A DNA stretch of 64,000 nt, from the NCBI RefSeq assembly GCF_037042905.1, contig NC_087252.1, positions 13,766,001-13,830,000 on the forward strand, written 5' to 3'. The notes below the pieces were generated by a model. It saw nothing but the letters and a program-made list of their open reading frames with translations, was not told the origin of the DNA and made no database searches. How positions within the stretch are numbered: position 1 is the stretch's first letter; every line of letters begins with the position of its first letter. The translations under genes and the position numbers were made by a program. Positions 28,790-41,400 of this stretch are shown in pieces. Source of the stretch: Lytechinus pictus. Taxonomy: Eukaryota.

Positions 28790-30190
28790 TGATGTTCATA
28801 TTTTAGACTAAGTTGTTATTACTGAAGAATGTGTATAAAAAAATTTAGAGAATTTGAATATATCGAAATCACCAGGTCCAGATGGGTTGCATCCCCGTGT
28901 CTTGCGTGGACTGGCACCTGTTCTTCCAAAACCTTTGAGTATTATTTACTCAAACTCTCTTGCATCGGGCGTAATACCAGATGTGTGGAAGAAAGCTAAT
29001 GTCAGTGCCGTGTTAAAAAAAGGGTGATCGTAAACTCCCTTCGAACTACACACCAATAAATTTTACATGTATTGTTTAAAAAATCATGGAGTCTATCCTG
29101 ATGGATGAAATATAATGAGCATGTGAGGAGCAACAACATTCTCAGTACAAAACAATTTGGATTTGTATCAGGTCGAGCAACAATGTTGCAATTACTCAAT
29201 GTTCTAGATGATTGGACAAATGCAGGTTGGTGGTGCATTTGATGTCATCAACCTAGACTTCATGAAGGCCTTAGATAAGGTCCCACACCAGAGACCTTTA
29301 GCCAAAGTGGAGGGATTTGGCATATCTTAGCACATATGTGAGTGGGTCATTTCTTGTCGGTCGATAGCTGCACTGTGTTTGTTTAAATGATGTATTCGCT
29401 GACTGGGCTGATGTAACCAGCGGAATACTGTTTATTTGTTTGCGGACGACACCAAGATATAAATCATGTGAAAAATGTCAATGATGCTGAGTTAATACAA
29501 GCAGCAGGTCGTCTTTGTTTCATTGTCTGACAAGTGGCTATTAAAGTTCAACCCGGATAAATGGTGTGTACTTACAAATGGTAAAAAGATTGATGAATTT
29601 AACGACTATACAATGACACATGATAATGCCACACATAATCCATCACAAGTTGAAACTAGTAAAGATTTAGGAGTGATAGTTGACACATAGGTTAGTTTTG
29701 ACCAGCACTTTCAGTCAATGATAAATAAAGCCAATAGGCGAATGAATCTAATTAGAAGAACGTTTGTTTATCTTCACAGGGAGAACTTTTTACTCCTATA
29801 CAAAGCATTGGTTAAACCTCATTTGGAATATGCTCATGCAGTATGGAGTCTAAAGAAACATATAAGCACTAGAAAATGTACAAAGATGGGCCACTAAGTT
29901 GGTACCTGAGGTAAAGAAACTTTCATATGAACACAGATTGGTTCAACTAAAACTTCCTACGTTAGCATATCGCCGCGAGCGAGGAGATATGATCGAAACA
30001 TACAAGTTATTTCACAGGTATTACCAGGAGGTGGTGCCAGATTTGGGTCAGGTGCATGGGCCTGCCTAAGGTCCAAGGTCAGTAACTGAGGAGCGTAAGA
30101 ATCCCTTTTGCATAAGAATGAGGAAACCTTGGAATAGTCTAGTAATGAATTAGTAAATGCACCCAGTGTCAACAACTTCGAGAACATCAT
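28790..30190 (+). mobile_element. Decayed, 5'-truncated CR1-clade LINE (reverse transcriptase relic)
   Basis: Fragmented translations KSPGPDGLHPRVLR, QFGFVSGRATMLQLL, LDFMKALDKVPH, LFADDTKI, LVKPHLEYA and RGDMIETYK, with many stops and frameshifts. Confidence 0.9.
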
Positions 30191-30800
30191 TTCATATCAT
30201 TCAAATACGGCGACGTTAAAGTCCCGTAGAAAAAAAAAGAGCACATGAACCTATATTATTTTGTTTGCATTTTGATAATGCATAGATACATGTAACTCTC
30301 TGCAAAATTTTGTGAAAATGACATGGACTTCATTTTAACTGTGGAACGTCCTGAGAGTGTTCATAAAATGAAGCAATGTCAACCGAAGAAGAATCTTTAC
30401 TATTAAATTTTGGATTTAGTATCGCATATTATAAAAGAATAGAATGCATGCTTTTACTGGTAAGAATACTTGATCTGTTTTCTTTCAAAGCGTGAAGTTA
30501 TGAGCGTTTGAAAAACATTCCAACTTTAAACGCGATTATCTCGAGATCATGTTTTGGAGACCAGCCGAGGTTTGAGCCAGTTCGTAAAATGGCTGACGTT
30601 ATGAAAGGATTATTGTCATTTGAAAAAATAAATCATCACCTGTAATTAATTAATTATATAACTATAATGAAGATTCGCCTTTTAAAAAATATATATACAC
30701 GTATTTAAATATATGTATATATATATATTTATATATATATACATATAGTGTGATGATAAGTTTACTTCATCCAATCGCTTTTGAGCTGTGAATATTAAAC

Positions 30801-30886
30801 ATAATGAGATGAGGCGAGGCCAACTCAACAGATGACGCAGATCATGGTGTCCTGCGTCATCTGTTGAGTTGGCCTCGCCTCATCCC

Positions 30887-30891
<5 letters not shown>
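30801..30891. repeat. Near-perfect 40 bp hairpin between (TA)n tracts
   Basis: ataatgagatgaggcgaggccaactcaacagatgacgcag - 11 nt loop - ctgcgtcatctgttgagttggcctcgcctcatcccattat. Confidence 0.85.
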
Positions 30892-30959
<68 letters not shown>

Positions 30960-32417
30960 AATGTATGTATAATTATATGTATAATAATATATGTATTATA
31001 TAATGTATAATATAATGTATGATATATATGTATATAATATAATATATATTATATTATATACATAATATATGATATTATATATTATACATTATATATAATA
31101 TAATGAATAATACATATATTATACATTATATTATAATGTGGGTGCACCCACACCCGCTGGGTGTGGGTTCACCCACAATTATCTTTCTTTATCTCTTTTC
31201 CATTTTTATTTTCATACCCTTTGTGTGTGCTTCAATTGTTTTATTGTTTCTTGTTCTTTGTTTTTTTGTTCTGCTGTTCTCTGTTTTGTCACCTTGTCTG
31301 TCTTCGTAGGCAATTCTAAAATAATTATTTAGAGGGGTCCACACAATACAAGCACTGCTTTTTAGTGGATCCCTCCATTTTCTCAGAATTGTATTTTATA
31401 ATGGTTGTGATATTTGCTTATATATAATATTCTGTTTTGTTTTACTTCTACTTATAAATAAATATCATATACTGTATATGCCTGAATTTATTTTATCTGT
31501 ATAAGTTCACTGTAACTATTTTGATTACATTATTTTGTTCTTCAGTTGAAAATGAAAATGAAATAAATAAATAAAATGAATAAAAAGTAAGTGGCGTACC
31601 TAGGATTTTCCACAGAGGGGGGGGGGGGCAAAACCGTCCGCCCAAGGTTTCGACAAGCAACAAAATAAATAAAAAAAGGTCGTCAATCACAAATAAAGGA
31701 TTTCGTACCAGAAAAAAAGACAAGCCAAAAAAAAGGTCTTCAAGCTCGTCAGGGGGCAATAAATATAGGTCCGTCAGGGGGGGGGGGGGGGCAAAAAAGG
31801 TCTTTCAAGCTCATCAGGGGGGAGGGATAAGTCCTTTGCATGGGTTGTGGCTCGTCAGGGGAGGCAGACTGCCCCCACCGTAGGTACGCTAGAGGAGTTT
31901 ATTTTCAATTTAAATCAATCCTCATAGCTAGTGTTCATCTTTGTTGCACCGGCCTCTTGCTTGATTTGGTCGCGTACATTGAGCTAGTCAATCAATAGTT
32001 TACTCATTTAGAGAACTCATTATTTGTAGAAACTTTTTTTTTGAACGGTTGTATACTCAAACTTTGAAGGCGATTCATCGGTTGTGATCCTCCTCGGTTG
32101 TGATCCATGGAATGGGAAACAGCAGGGGAAAAATGACTTGACAGAAACATTATTTTACAATGTGTGCTCACACAGATATGCGCTGCTTTATGATGAAATT
32201 TGATTTTTGTATGATATCTTATCACCTTGTGCTTTATCACCATTGTGATCAAAGTCTGTATGGCACATTGATTTCAGAGGTTGAAAGTCTATATTGCTTG
32301 TACAGCGTAGACATTATTGCATCGTGCTATGCGCATTTCGCATTGAATCGAGTGCCTTGTACTTCTTGCGTACAACTTCATTTCTCATCCAATCTGATAT
32401 CTCATGAACATTTCGAA

Positions 32418-32487
32418 ATGGCTCTGAGAAACGTTTCAATTTTGACTGTCGTAGGAGTCGCATTTACATTCTCCTGTTTCTTTCAAG
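32418..32487 (+). CDS. Exon 1: signal peptide MALRNVSILTVVGVAFTFSCFFQ(G)
   Basis: ATG, basic residue, hydrophobic core, then G|GTAAAT donor in phase 1, matching the IgV exon acceptor. The link across an 11.6 kb TE-filled intron is inferred. Confidence 0.65.
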
Positions 32488-35400
32488 GTAAATAAAACGT
32501 CTTTCCCCCACTTTGTGCCAGCTATTTGATACGTGGAAATTTCCGAAATATAGGCCAATATCTTTAACGTCAGTATCTTTTTTCAAGTTCATCCCAACAA
32601 AAATTGATGTTAATAACAAGGGGGAAAACAAGCATAACACAGGACATTTCAACACAAGTCAGGTCATGCAGGTTGTTGATTTCACGGCAAATCATTTTCG
32701 ATATGCAAATGAGGGGACTAATGACGTCACTTTTTTTTCTTTTTATTATATGAAATGTGCCTATATTCTAATTTTCTCCTCTCATTGTCACGTACGTGAA
32801 ACAAAATTTCATTCCTCACTAAACATGTTGTATTTTCTTTGTTGTAACATTTCATGGATTAGGCAAGTTAATCCGTATTGTCAGATCTGTGAAAATAAAA
32901 TATTGTTTAATTCAAACAATAAAACTAGAATAGCGTGTGAGGGGCATCATCTGCTCTCTAAGTTTTGCATATGACTGTTTTGTGAATGATAGATAAACTT
33001 TCAACAACAAAAACAACACATTTGTTTTACAACCGAATTGAATCAATATTTCCTGGAATGGACTTGACCTTTAACGTGGATATACATTTTAATGATGCCT
33101 TTATGGAAACGAAATCCACAGCCTCATTTGAATTATACAAAATGGTACATACGTGGATGAAATAATTGTTCTTTTTCCTCTGGTCGGACTTTCATATCAC
33201 ATCTTTATCGGACTAAACGTAGGCGGAATACAGGTGTTTTTTTTAGGAAACAGATTTTATGTGCTCCCTTATTCCCTTTCTCAACATGAAATGACAATAA
33301 TTTCGGTCTTTGGTCCGACAGTCCGAGAACTATATGTGCGTCCAAAAATCCGCTATTTCCCCCAAAATTAAAGTTTTTGTCTTATGGAAATGTTTTTGTA
33401 TATATCCTTATCTATGTTTCAGGTGCCAGAATTCCATTTATGCATGCAGTAAGAGTAAACGATGATTAAAAACCCTTGATACAATATTTGACCAAAAGAC
33501 ATATTTTTCTGTAGAACTTTGCATATGATTTATGTTTCGTAGAATATGTTTCAAACTCACATGTAACATGATATCCCATTTGAAGTAGTTTATTGGGCTT
33601 ATTATAATCACTCGGGTCGCGTTCGAAATCACTCGGGTTTTGGATTTTTGGCGATTTTTTTATTTGGATGCGATTTTTTTTCTAACGGTGTCTTCAATGG
33701 GACAAACACGCTGGGAAAATAAAATGAAATTGAAATTCTAGTTTCGTTTTAAGCCGGCAAGTGCCTCAAATAAAATGCACTCGCCTACTGCTTAACATAA
33801 CAAATAAGCAAATCAGCCATGTGGCTCAACTATCCTAGAATACATCCAGACTTCTACTGTTTTCATGCGAGGACTCCGAGTCGGAACTTGCCATATCTGC
33901 CACATCGATATTACATCGTCATTCCCATGTGCAGGCATGCATGCCTGCATGCAATGGCCCCAAGGCGGGACCCGGCCACGGTCGGACACGGCGTGCATCG
34001 GTAGCATGGAGCAAGGTAACGTGAGTCGAGCCGAGTTAGATCCCACGTTACAGTGCCAGTCAGTCCGCAGCTCGTCCGAAAGTATTTAATTCAGCGGTAT
34101 GCATAGCCAGCCATCCGTGGTTTAATGCATATATACGTAATTAGACCAAAAGCTTCGGTCTCTGTAATGTTCGTTGTTCCGCTGAACTCCGTTAGCTTCA
34201 CTCACCAATACAGAGACCGAAGTTCTAGCTCGATCTGCACAGGGACTCAATGGTCATATGTTTATGTATCAAGTTCCAATAAAACGGGGAAGTGAAGTTG
34301 CGCGACAGCCGAAGCAAGTAGTTACTGTTGTTTCCCCTTTTATGTTTATTTCCCCTTTTTTGGTGCATTTTAGGACAAAACGGAATAATAATCTTTATTT
34401 GATACAGTTCTTTTCATATATTTTTATGAAATAAAGACAAAAATCGATGAGCGCCGTCTGGGGGATTTTGCATTGTTAACCCCGTAATGATGGTTGCACC
34501 ATAGCGAGCCGTCTGTGTACGAGGAGAAATAAAAATGTTAAAAAAATCGAAACAGACGGCTGCCAGCTGTCTAATACGTAATGAGCTTTGATGACGATCT
34601 TTCATATAGGCGTTTTAAAATTCTGCTCTTAATTATTGTCCATTTCTCATAAAATTGTCTTATTTTATAGATAAAATGGCCATATCATGTTTTAAGTAAC
34701 TGGAGACCTAAACAAATCCCTACCTAAATTCTCGAAACATTGCATTAGGTGATGTGCTTAATTGATCTTCTTTGTGCTCGCGTGCCAAACGTATACGTTG
34801 AGCTGAACGGGGATCAGTCTTTCTCTCTCTCTCTGTCTCTCCTACCTTTCCGAAATTAAAACGGTCCCTCGATCGGACATAGTTACTTAGAAGCAGGACA
34901 AATAATGCTCTGACAACCAAACTAACTTTCCGTCAGCATCAGTTAAAATGTGAATGGGCTTTTAAAAACTAATACTAAAACTGATCTAAAATTGATCTTA
35001 GATCGATTTTAAAATTGATTTTAAATTAATTTTAAAATCGTAATTGTACCTGTTCTAATTAACCGATTTTTAAATCGGCTCCCGATTTTACCCGATTTTA
35101 CCACAATCGGCGATCACCTGCCAATCTTCGATCATGCCCCTTGAAGGAAAAAATCGGATATAAAATATCGGCGTAGATCTAGTTACAGTGCGTGATCGTT
35201 CAGAACATATCCGATTTACAACATTACCGTGTAATGTTGTAAATCGGATCAAAAATCAGATCGAAAATCGGATCGGCAGTTAAGTTTCTAAAATCGAAAT
35301 CGAATCGAAAATCGAATCGGCGATGTTTAAAAACAAAGGAATACATCAAAATTTTGTTCGCGGTCGCGTGCATCTTCCTGACAAAGTCACAAAGACGAAT

Positions 35401-38400
35401 GCATTGGAATGGAAGTCGCCAACATGCGCGATCATTTGGAACATGTTTTAAAAGGGTGTTGAGGTGTTACTGCTTTGAAATAAACCGAGTGATTTTTATT
35501 AGAAAAATAAAGACGCATCTTCCGAGCAAAGTCGCAAAGGAAAATAACATGAAAATAATTCTCATAGATCACAGGTTAATGAACGATCGGCGGGACATCA
35601 TTTGTAAGTATTTTTAGGTGCTAGCGATTTAGAATTATTGGAATGATCTCTTGATCTCATACAACGCATCGTAATTAAAATGTAGTAGAAGTCGCAAGCA
35701 TGCGCGATGATTCGGAACATGTTATTAAAAATGCTTTGGGGAGCTAGCGTTTTCTAATCAATTTATTACTATCTTCAGAAATTAACTTTTGATAACCAAG
35801 AAGAAATATAAAAGAAGCGGGGTCCGCTATCACCACGATGTTGAAGAGAAGTGTCTATCGTCATAAAGGAGGTAAGAGAGTAGTGCAGTGATGTCCGTCG
35901 GTAATACGACCTTTAAAAGTTCACGGCGGCGTCTGCTATCACCACGAGGTTGAAGAGAAGATATCTATCCTCGCAAACATCGTCAGAGATAATACCGCGT
36001 CTTTCTCCCTGATTAATGCGACCTCTAAATAGCTAGCACCTCAAAAAAAATCTTGAAATATGTTCTGAACGATCACGCACTGTAACTAGATCTACGCCGA
36101 TATTTTATATCCGATTTTTCCTTCAAGGGGCATGATCGAAGATTGGCAGGTGATCGCCGATTGTGGTAAAATCGGGTAAAATCGGGAGCCGATTTAAAAA
36201 TCGGTTAATTAGAACAGGTACAATTACGATTTTAAAATTAATCTAAAATCGATTTCCAAAATCAATTTTAAAATCGATCTAAGATCAATTTTAGATCAGT
36301 TTTAGTATTAGTTTTTAAAAGCCCATTCAAATATTTCTGCTGATGCTGACGAAAACTTAGTTTGGTTGTCAGAGTATTATTTGTCCTGCGTCTAAATAAC
36401 TATGTCCGATCGAGGGACCGTTTTAATTTCGGAAAGGTAGGAGAGAGAGAGAGAAAGACTGATCCCCGTTCAGCTCAACGTATACGTTTGGCACGCGAGC
36501 ACAAAGAAGATCAATTAGGGAGCTTGTCAAAAGTCCATGCATCGTTCTTTACCGTTCTTACCGCATCCGGGTTTTCGCTTCGGCTTTCCCGCCCAACGTT
36601 CCCTTGTCTTCAAAGGAACGGCCGCCATCATAGGCCCACTGATGCCACCGTTCTTTTGTTCGTCTTTCCTGCAAGTCTTAATTTCTGTCGAAAGACCGAA
36701 GAATCTATTCTAAATAGCTCCCTCTACGACCAAAACAAATGCGTGCCTTCATATTGACTGTCGGATCGGAGAGTTCGGATCACTGTTCTGAACTGTGGTT
36801 CGCATCTATAATGGAAGTTCGGGTGCATTCATAAAGCCACGGTAGCTTAATAAAAAATTACGCACGTGTCATAAATCGTTACTGATCTTTCGAATTTGCT
36901 GCAATAACGATGAAAACCTCTTTTTTTGCAATTGGAAGAGAGTCAATTCATGATGTTTTAGGTGGGAAAATAAGATTCCACACATTTTCGTTTCGTAGGC
37001 CCAAGCCATTCGTAGAATTCACGTCAACTTGGAATATTCATTATTACTCGCATCTGAAACAAGTTTCGGGAGCCCTCCCCCCCCCCCAATAAAAAGAGAA
37101 GGAAATAGAATGATAAAATAAATATGACCGGAACAGCTTGGCACTATTAGGCATAGATAGATCAAAGATTTATTAAAAACTGTTTTGAATAGTTTGTTCA
37201 ATTTTTGGTCGGGCAACCATTTCCCCAGGATAACATATTGTCTCTTAATTTTCTTTATCTCCTTGTTTTAAAGAAGCGGGACCAAAGGGAAGGTGAAAAG
37301 AGGAAGAATAAAACTAAGAAGTCATAGGGAGAGAAAAGGAAGGGGAAACAGAGAGAAAATAAGAAAATAATATTGGGATGTAAGAAGATGAAGGGTGAAA
37401 AAAATATGGAGGAAAAACAGTTGAAAGAGAAAAAAAATAGGAAATTTGAGAGGGGAAGAAATTTAGGATCGAGAATCAACGGGAGAAAGGGGACAAATTG
37501 GAATATGGAAATAAATAGAGACAGAAAATAAGGGGAAAGAAGAAGAGAGAGCTGGTGGACGATGGGGGAGAAATAAAGGGGGGGGTGAAAGGGGAACAGA
37601 GGGGAAGACATGCAGTGGCCATGCTGAAACGGTTGTTTATTCTTTGTTCATTGTTCATTCAGGTAACAAGAAGAGAATGAATAAAAAATGAAACCTAAAA
37701 GCTCGGAATTAAATTGGCCGCAACTTTAATCTGATTCCGAACCCCTTCGAGCAATATTTCATGAAAAGATATACAGAGCCAAATAAGTGAATGAAAAAGG
37801 AAAGATAGAAGGAAAATGAGTGAAAAGAAATTGAGAGAAAACGAAATAAATAATTAAATATTTAAGAAAAAACATGAGGAAGAGAAAGGGAAAATCGTGT
37901 TCCGAAGAAATATAGTTATCGAATTGTTCATGTAGGAACCTAAAGCACTTATACCACAACAGTAATTATCAGGAAAGAAAAGAAAACAAAACCAAAATTA
38001 TTATATGGGTTGAAGCGGGCTCCTATTTGCGGCAAAAAAATGGATTAAAGATTTAAAGATAAAAGGAAGAAGAATTAATGCAAGGAAACATGACAAGGAG
38101 AAGGGATAAAGAAATGAGGAGGTGAAAAGATTAAAAAGAAAGATAGGTGACAAAAATGGATAGGGAGAATTGCAAATAGGAAACCCTCTGGGCCTCTTAC
38201 ATCGGGGACATCCCGATAGACCGCGGGTCCGATAGTCCGCAGTGTGTGTAAAATTATGATCAGATATATCAATGTCATCGAGAGGTCCAAAGGTCAAATG
38301 ATACGAGACCATGGAGTTCTATCAGGTGCGGATCCATGGGGAGGGGGGGGGGCCGAGGGGGAACTGCCTCAACCCCAGCTCAAAAAAAGGGGGGAGAGGG

Positions 38401-41400
38401 AAAAAGGGAGAGAATAAAAAGAGAAAGAGGAAGATGGGAAAAGAAGAGAATAGAAAAGAGGGAGAGAGGGAGAAAGGAAGAGAAGAAAAAAAGAGAAGAA
38501 AAAGGGAGAAAGGAAAGACAAAGAACAAAGGGAGAAGAAAAGGGGGAAAGAAGAGAAAAAAAGAGAGGAGTGAAAAGGAAGAGAAGAAAAGAAAGGAAAA
38601 AGGGAAAGGAGGAAAAAGGGAAAGGAGGAAAAAGAAGAAGGTGCCATGATGTTCAATAATTTAAGCTTCAAAATTCAGTACTTCACGGGTGAAGGTTATG
38701 GGGCCGTAAGCTGCAGGGAGATATGTAGAATAATATTAACATTAGATCATTACTCTAAAATAGATGAAATGTAACTATTATTTATCATTTTTAGTAGTTA
38801 GTACACTTACTGGCCTAAAAGCAAAAGCAAATAGGGCCATGATATGGTCTTCTCCATCAAGATAATTTAACATTCTTGACCTTTCAGGATTGCTTGGCAT
38901 TGATACTCATCGAACTGTTCTTTGTCAATGCCCAGGCCTATGATCATGAAAAAGCAAGATCACTCACCCGTATAGTCGAGAATCATTGACAATAGCGTGC
39001 TCAGTGGGTTCGCCACAGAAAACAATGGGAGAGACGCTCACAGACTTTAATTCCCCATATCCGCTGTTGTGATTATTGTCGTAATTTCAATAGATGAACC
39101 TACTTCAAAAGACCGTTGGCCAGTCTGATGGGGAATCTTTTGTAATAATATAGTGTATTAAAGTACGTGTATGCACTAACTACATGTACCGTCCCGACTT
39201 CTTTTGTGCTATTTAAACGATTTCTTTCACCATCATCAAGTAGCGATTAGCGTGCAAAATCGCATAAATTATCTCACATAACGGATCTAATGGTCATGAT
39301 TACCAGCATCACCGTACCATAATCATTACTATTATCTTTCATATATTTTTAATTATATAAAATATAAAATTGATACTGGAGAACGATTGGAAATAGATAA
39401 TGAATGAATGATGATGATGATAACTGTGATGATGATAGTGATAATCATAATTTTGAAGTGATATTAACGGACATAATACGAATAATAATATCAGTGATAA
39501 TGTTGATGATTATTAACAAATGAAGATGATTGGTATATTTTGCGGCAATGAACCATGTATAACTTGAGACGCGTTTTTCCTTTATCATGTTTGTTATAAA
39601 AGGGTTTTCATATCATGATCCTGAAATACATAGATTATATTATTTAGATTAAAAAGAGAAAGAATTTTGGAAAAAAAAATGTTGCGGGTTGTCAAGTCCG
39701 ATGCAGTATAAAAAATGATTGCATATCGAGGTCGATACGATTTTTTTATCAACGACATCATCCCCCAGAGTCTATCAAGTTATGAGTTTGTGTGCATTTT
39801 TAGCAAAATTGACATTTGTAATACGAGATCGTTCTAATTTTAGAGTGCTGTAACATCCGAACTGCATGCCATTCCTGCTACGTACGTTTTTAATTCATCA
39901 GATATTTCGATTTCTGGATGCATGTTACCATGCAGTTAAAGCGGTGTACGCCTGAATCATTTTGATTGTCATTTGTATTAACTTTATAATAACGTCGACA
40001 TACAAAAACAGAATTCATTAGGTTCTTTATCATTACACCAATGATATGAACTTATGCACATATAGGCCTACGTCTTTTGCTTGATAGAACACTGACCCCC
40101 CCCCCTCCCCCCTCCATAAGAGCGAGAACAATATTGTGCTCTCTCATTGATATTGATATCGATAAGGAGATCGGGAAACTCACGCCATTAATAGTAATTT
40201 ACATTATTTGTATACCACTTACAAGTGACGCACAAAATATGTATCTAAACGCTAAGGAAAAAACAGAAAGAGAGAAGGAATTTCACAAAAAATTAATATA
40301 GTTGCACAGTTCACAGTAGGCTGTAAACAATAGAAGGGCTTCACATGCGGAGGAAAAGGCTAGTTAACCAAAAAAAAAGTTTGAACATGGATTTGAATTT
40401 CTCTCTTGAATATGCTTGTTTAATACTTTCTGGTAGATTGTTCCAGAGTTGGATCAGGGGGGGGGGGCCGAGGGGCCCGCCCCCTCCCTCCTCCTTCTAT
40501 TGGCGGAGCAAAAATAGGGGAAAAGAAAGACAAAAAAGAAGGGAAAAGAGAGGAGGAAAAAAAACATAGGAGGAGGGAAACGATTGAATAAATAAGATGA
40601 GGGAAAGACTTCGAAAACCATTATTTTTTTATGTCAGTATGTAAAGTTTTCGCTCATGCTTCGCGCTCGCCTAAAAAGTTAAAAAGACCCCCCCCCCCCA
40701 TTTGGCACATCACCTAATGCAATGTTTCGAGAATTTAGGTAGGGATTTTTTTTAGGTCTCCAGTTACTTAAAACATGATATGGCCATTTTATCTATAAAA
40801 TAAGACAAATTTTATGAGAAATGGACAATAATTAAGAGCAGAATTTTAAAACGCCTATATGAAAGATCGTCCTCAAAGCTCATTACGTATTAGACAGCTG
40901 GCAGCCGTCTGTTTCGATTTTTTTAACATTTTTATTTCTCCTCGTACACAGACGGCTCGCTATGGTGCAACCATCATTACGGGGTTAACAATGCAAAATC
41001 CCCCAGACGGCGCTCATCGATTTTTGTCTTTATTTCATAAAAATATATGAAAAGAACTGTATCAAATAAAGATTATTATTCCGTTTTGTCCTAAAATGCA
41101 CCAAAAAAGGGAAAATAAAAATAAAAGGGGAAACAACAGTAACTAATTGCTTCGGCTGTCGCGCAACTTCACTTCCCCGTTTTATTGGAACTTAATACAT
41201 AAACATATGGCCATTGAGTCCCTGTGCAGATCGAGCTAGAATTTCGGTCTCTGTATTGGTGAGTGGAGCTAACGGAGTTCAGCGGAACAACGAACATTAC
41301 AGAGACCGAAGCTTTTGGTCTAATTACGTATATATGCATTAAACCACGGATGGCTGGCTATGCATACCGCTGAATTAAATACTTTAGGACGAGCTGCGGA

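Noticed and set aside
32535..32544. NF-kB-like site GGAAATTTCC just inside intron 1
   Set aside because: A single 10-mer in AT-rich DNA is plausible by chance; no clustering or conservation evidence is available.
36520..36800. GC-richer segment that might be a transposase or THAP relic
   Set aside because: No convincing motif in any frame I translated.
38311..38671. Lys/Arg/Glu-rich and Phe/Ser/Leu-rich ORFs
   Set aside because: Translations of a purine-rich low-complexity tract that is open in several frames.
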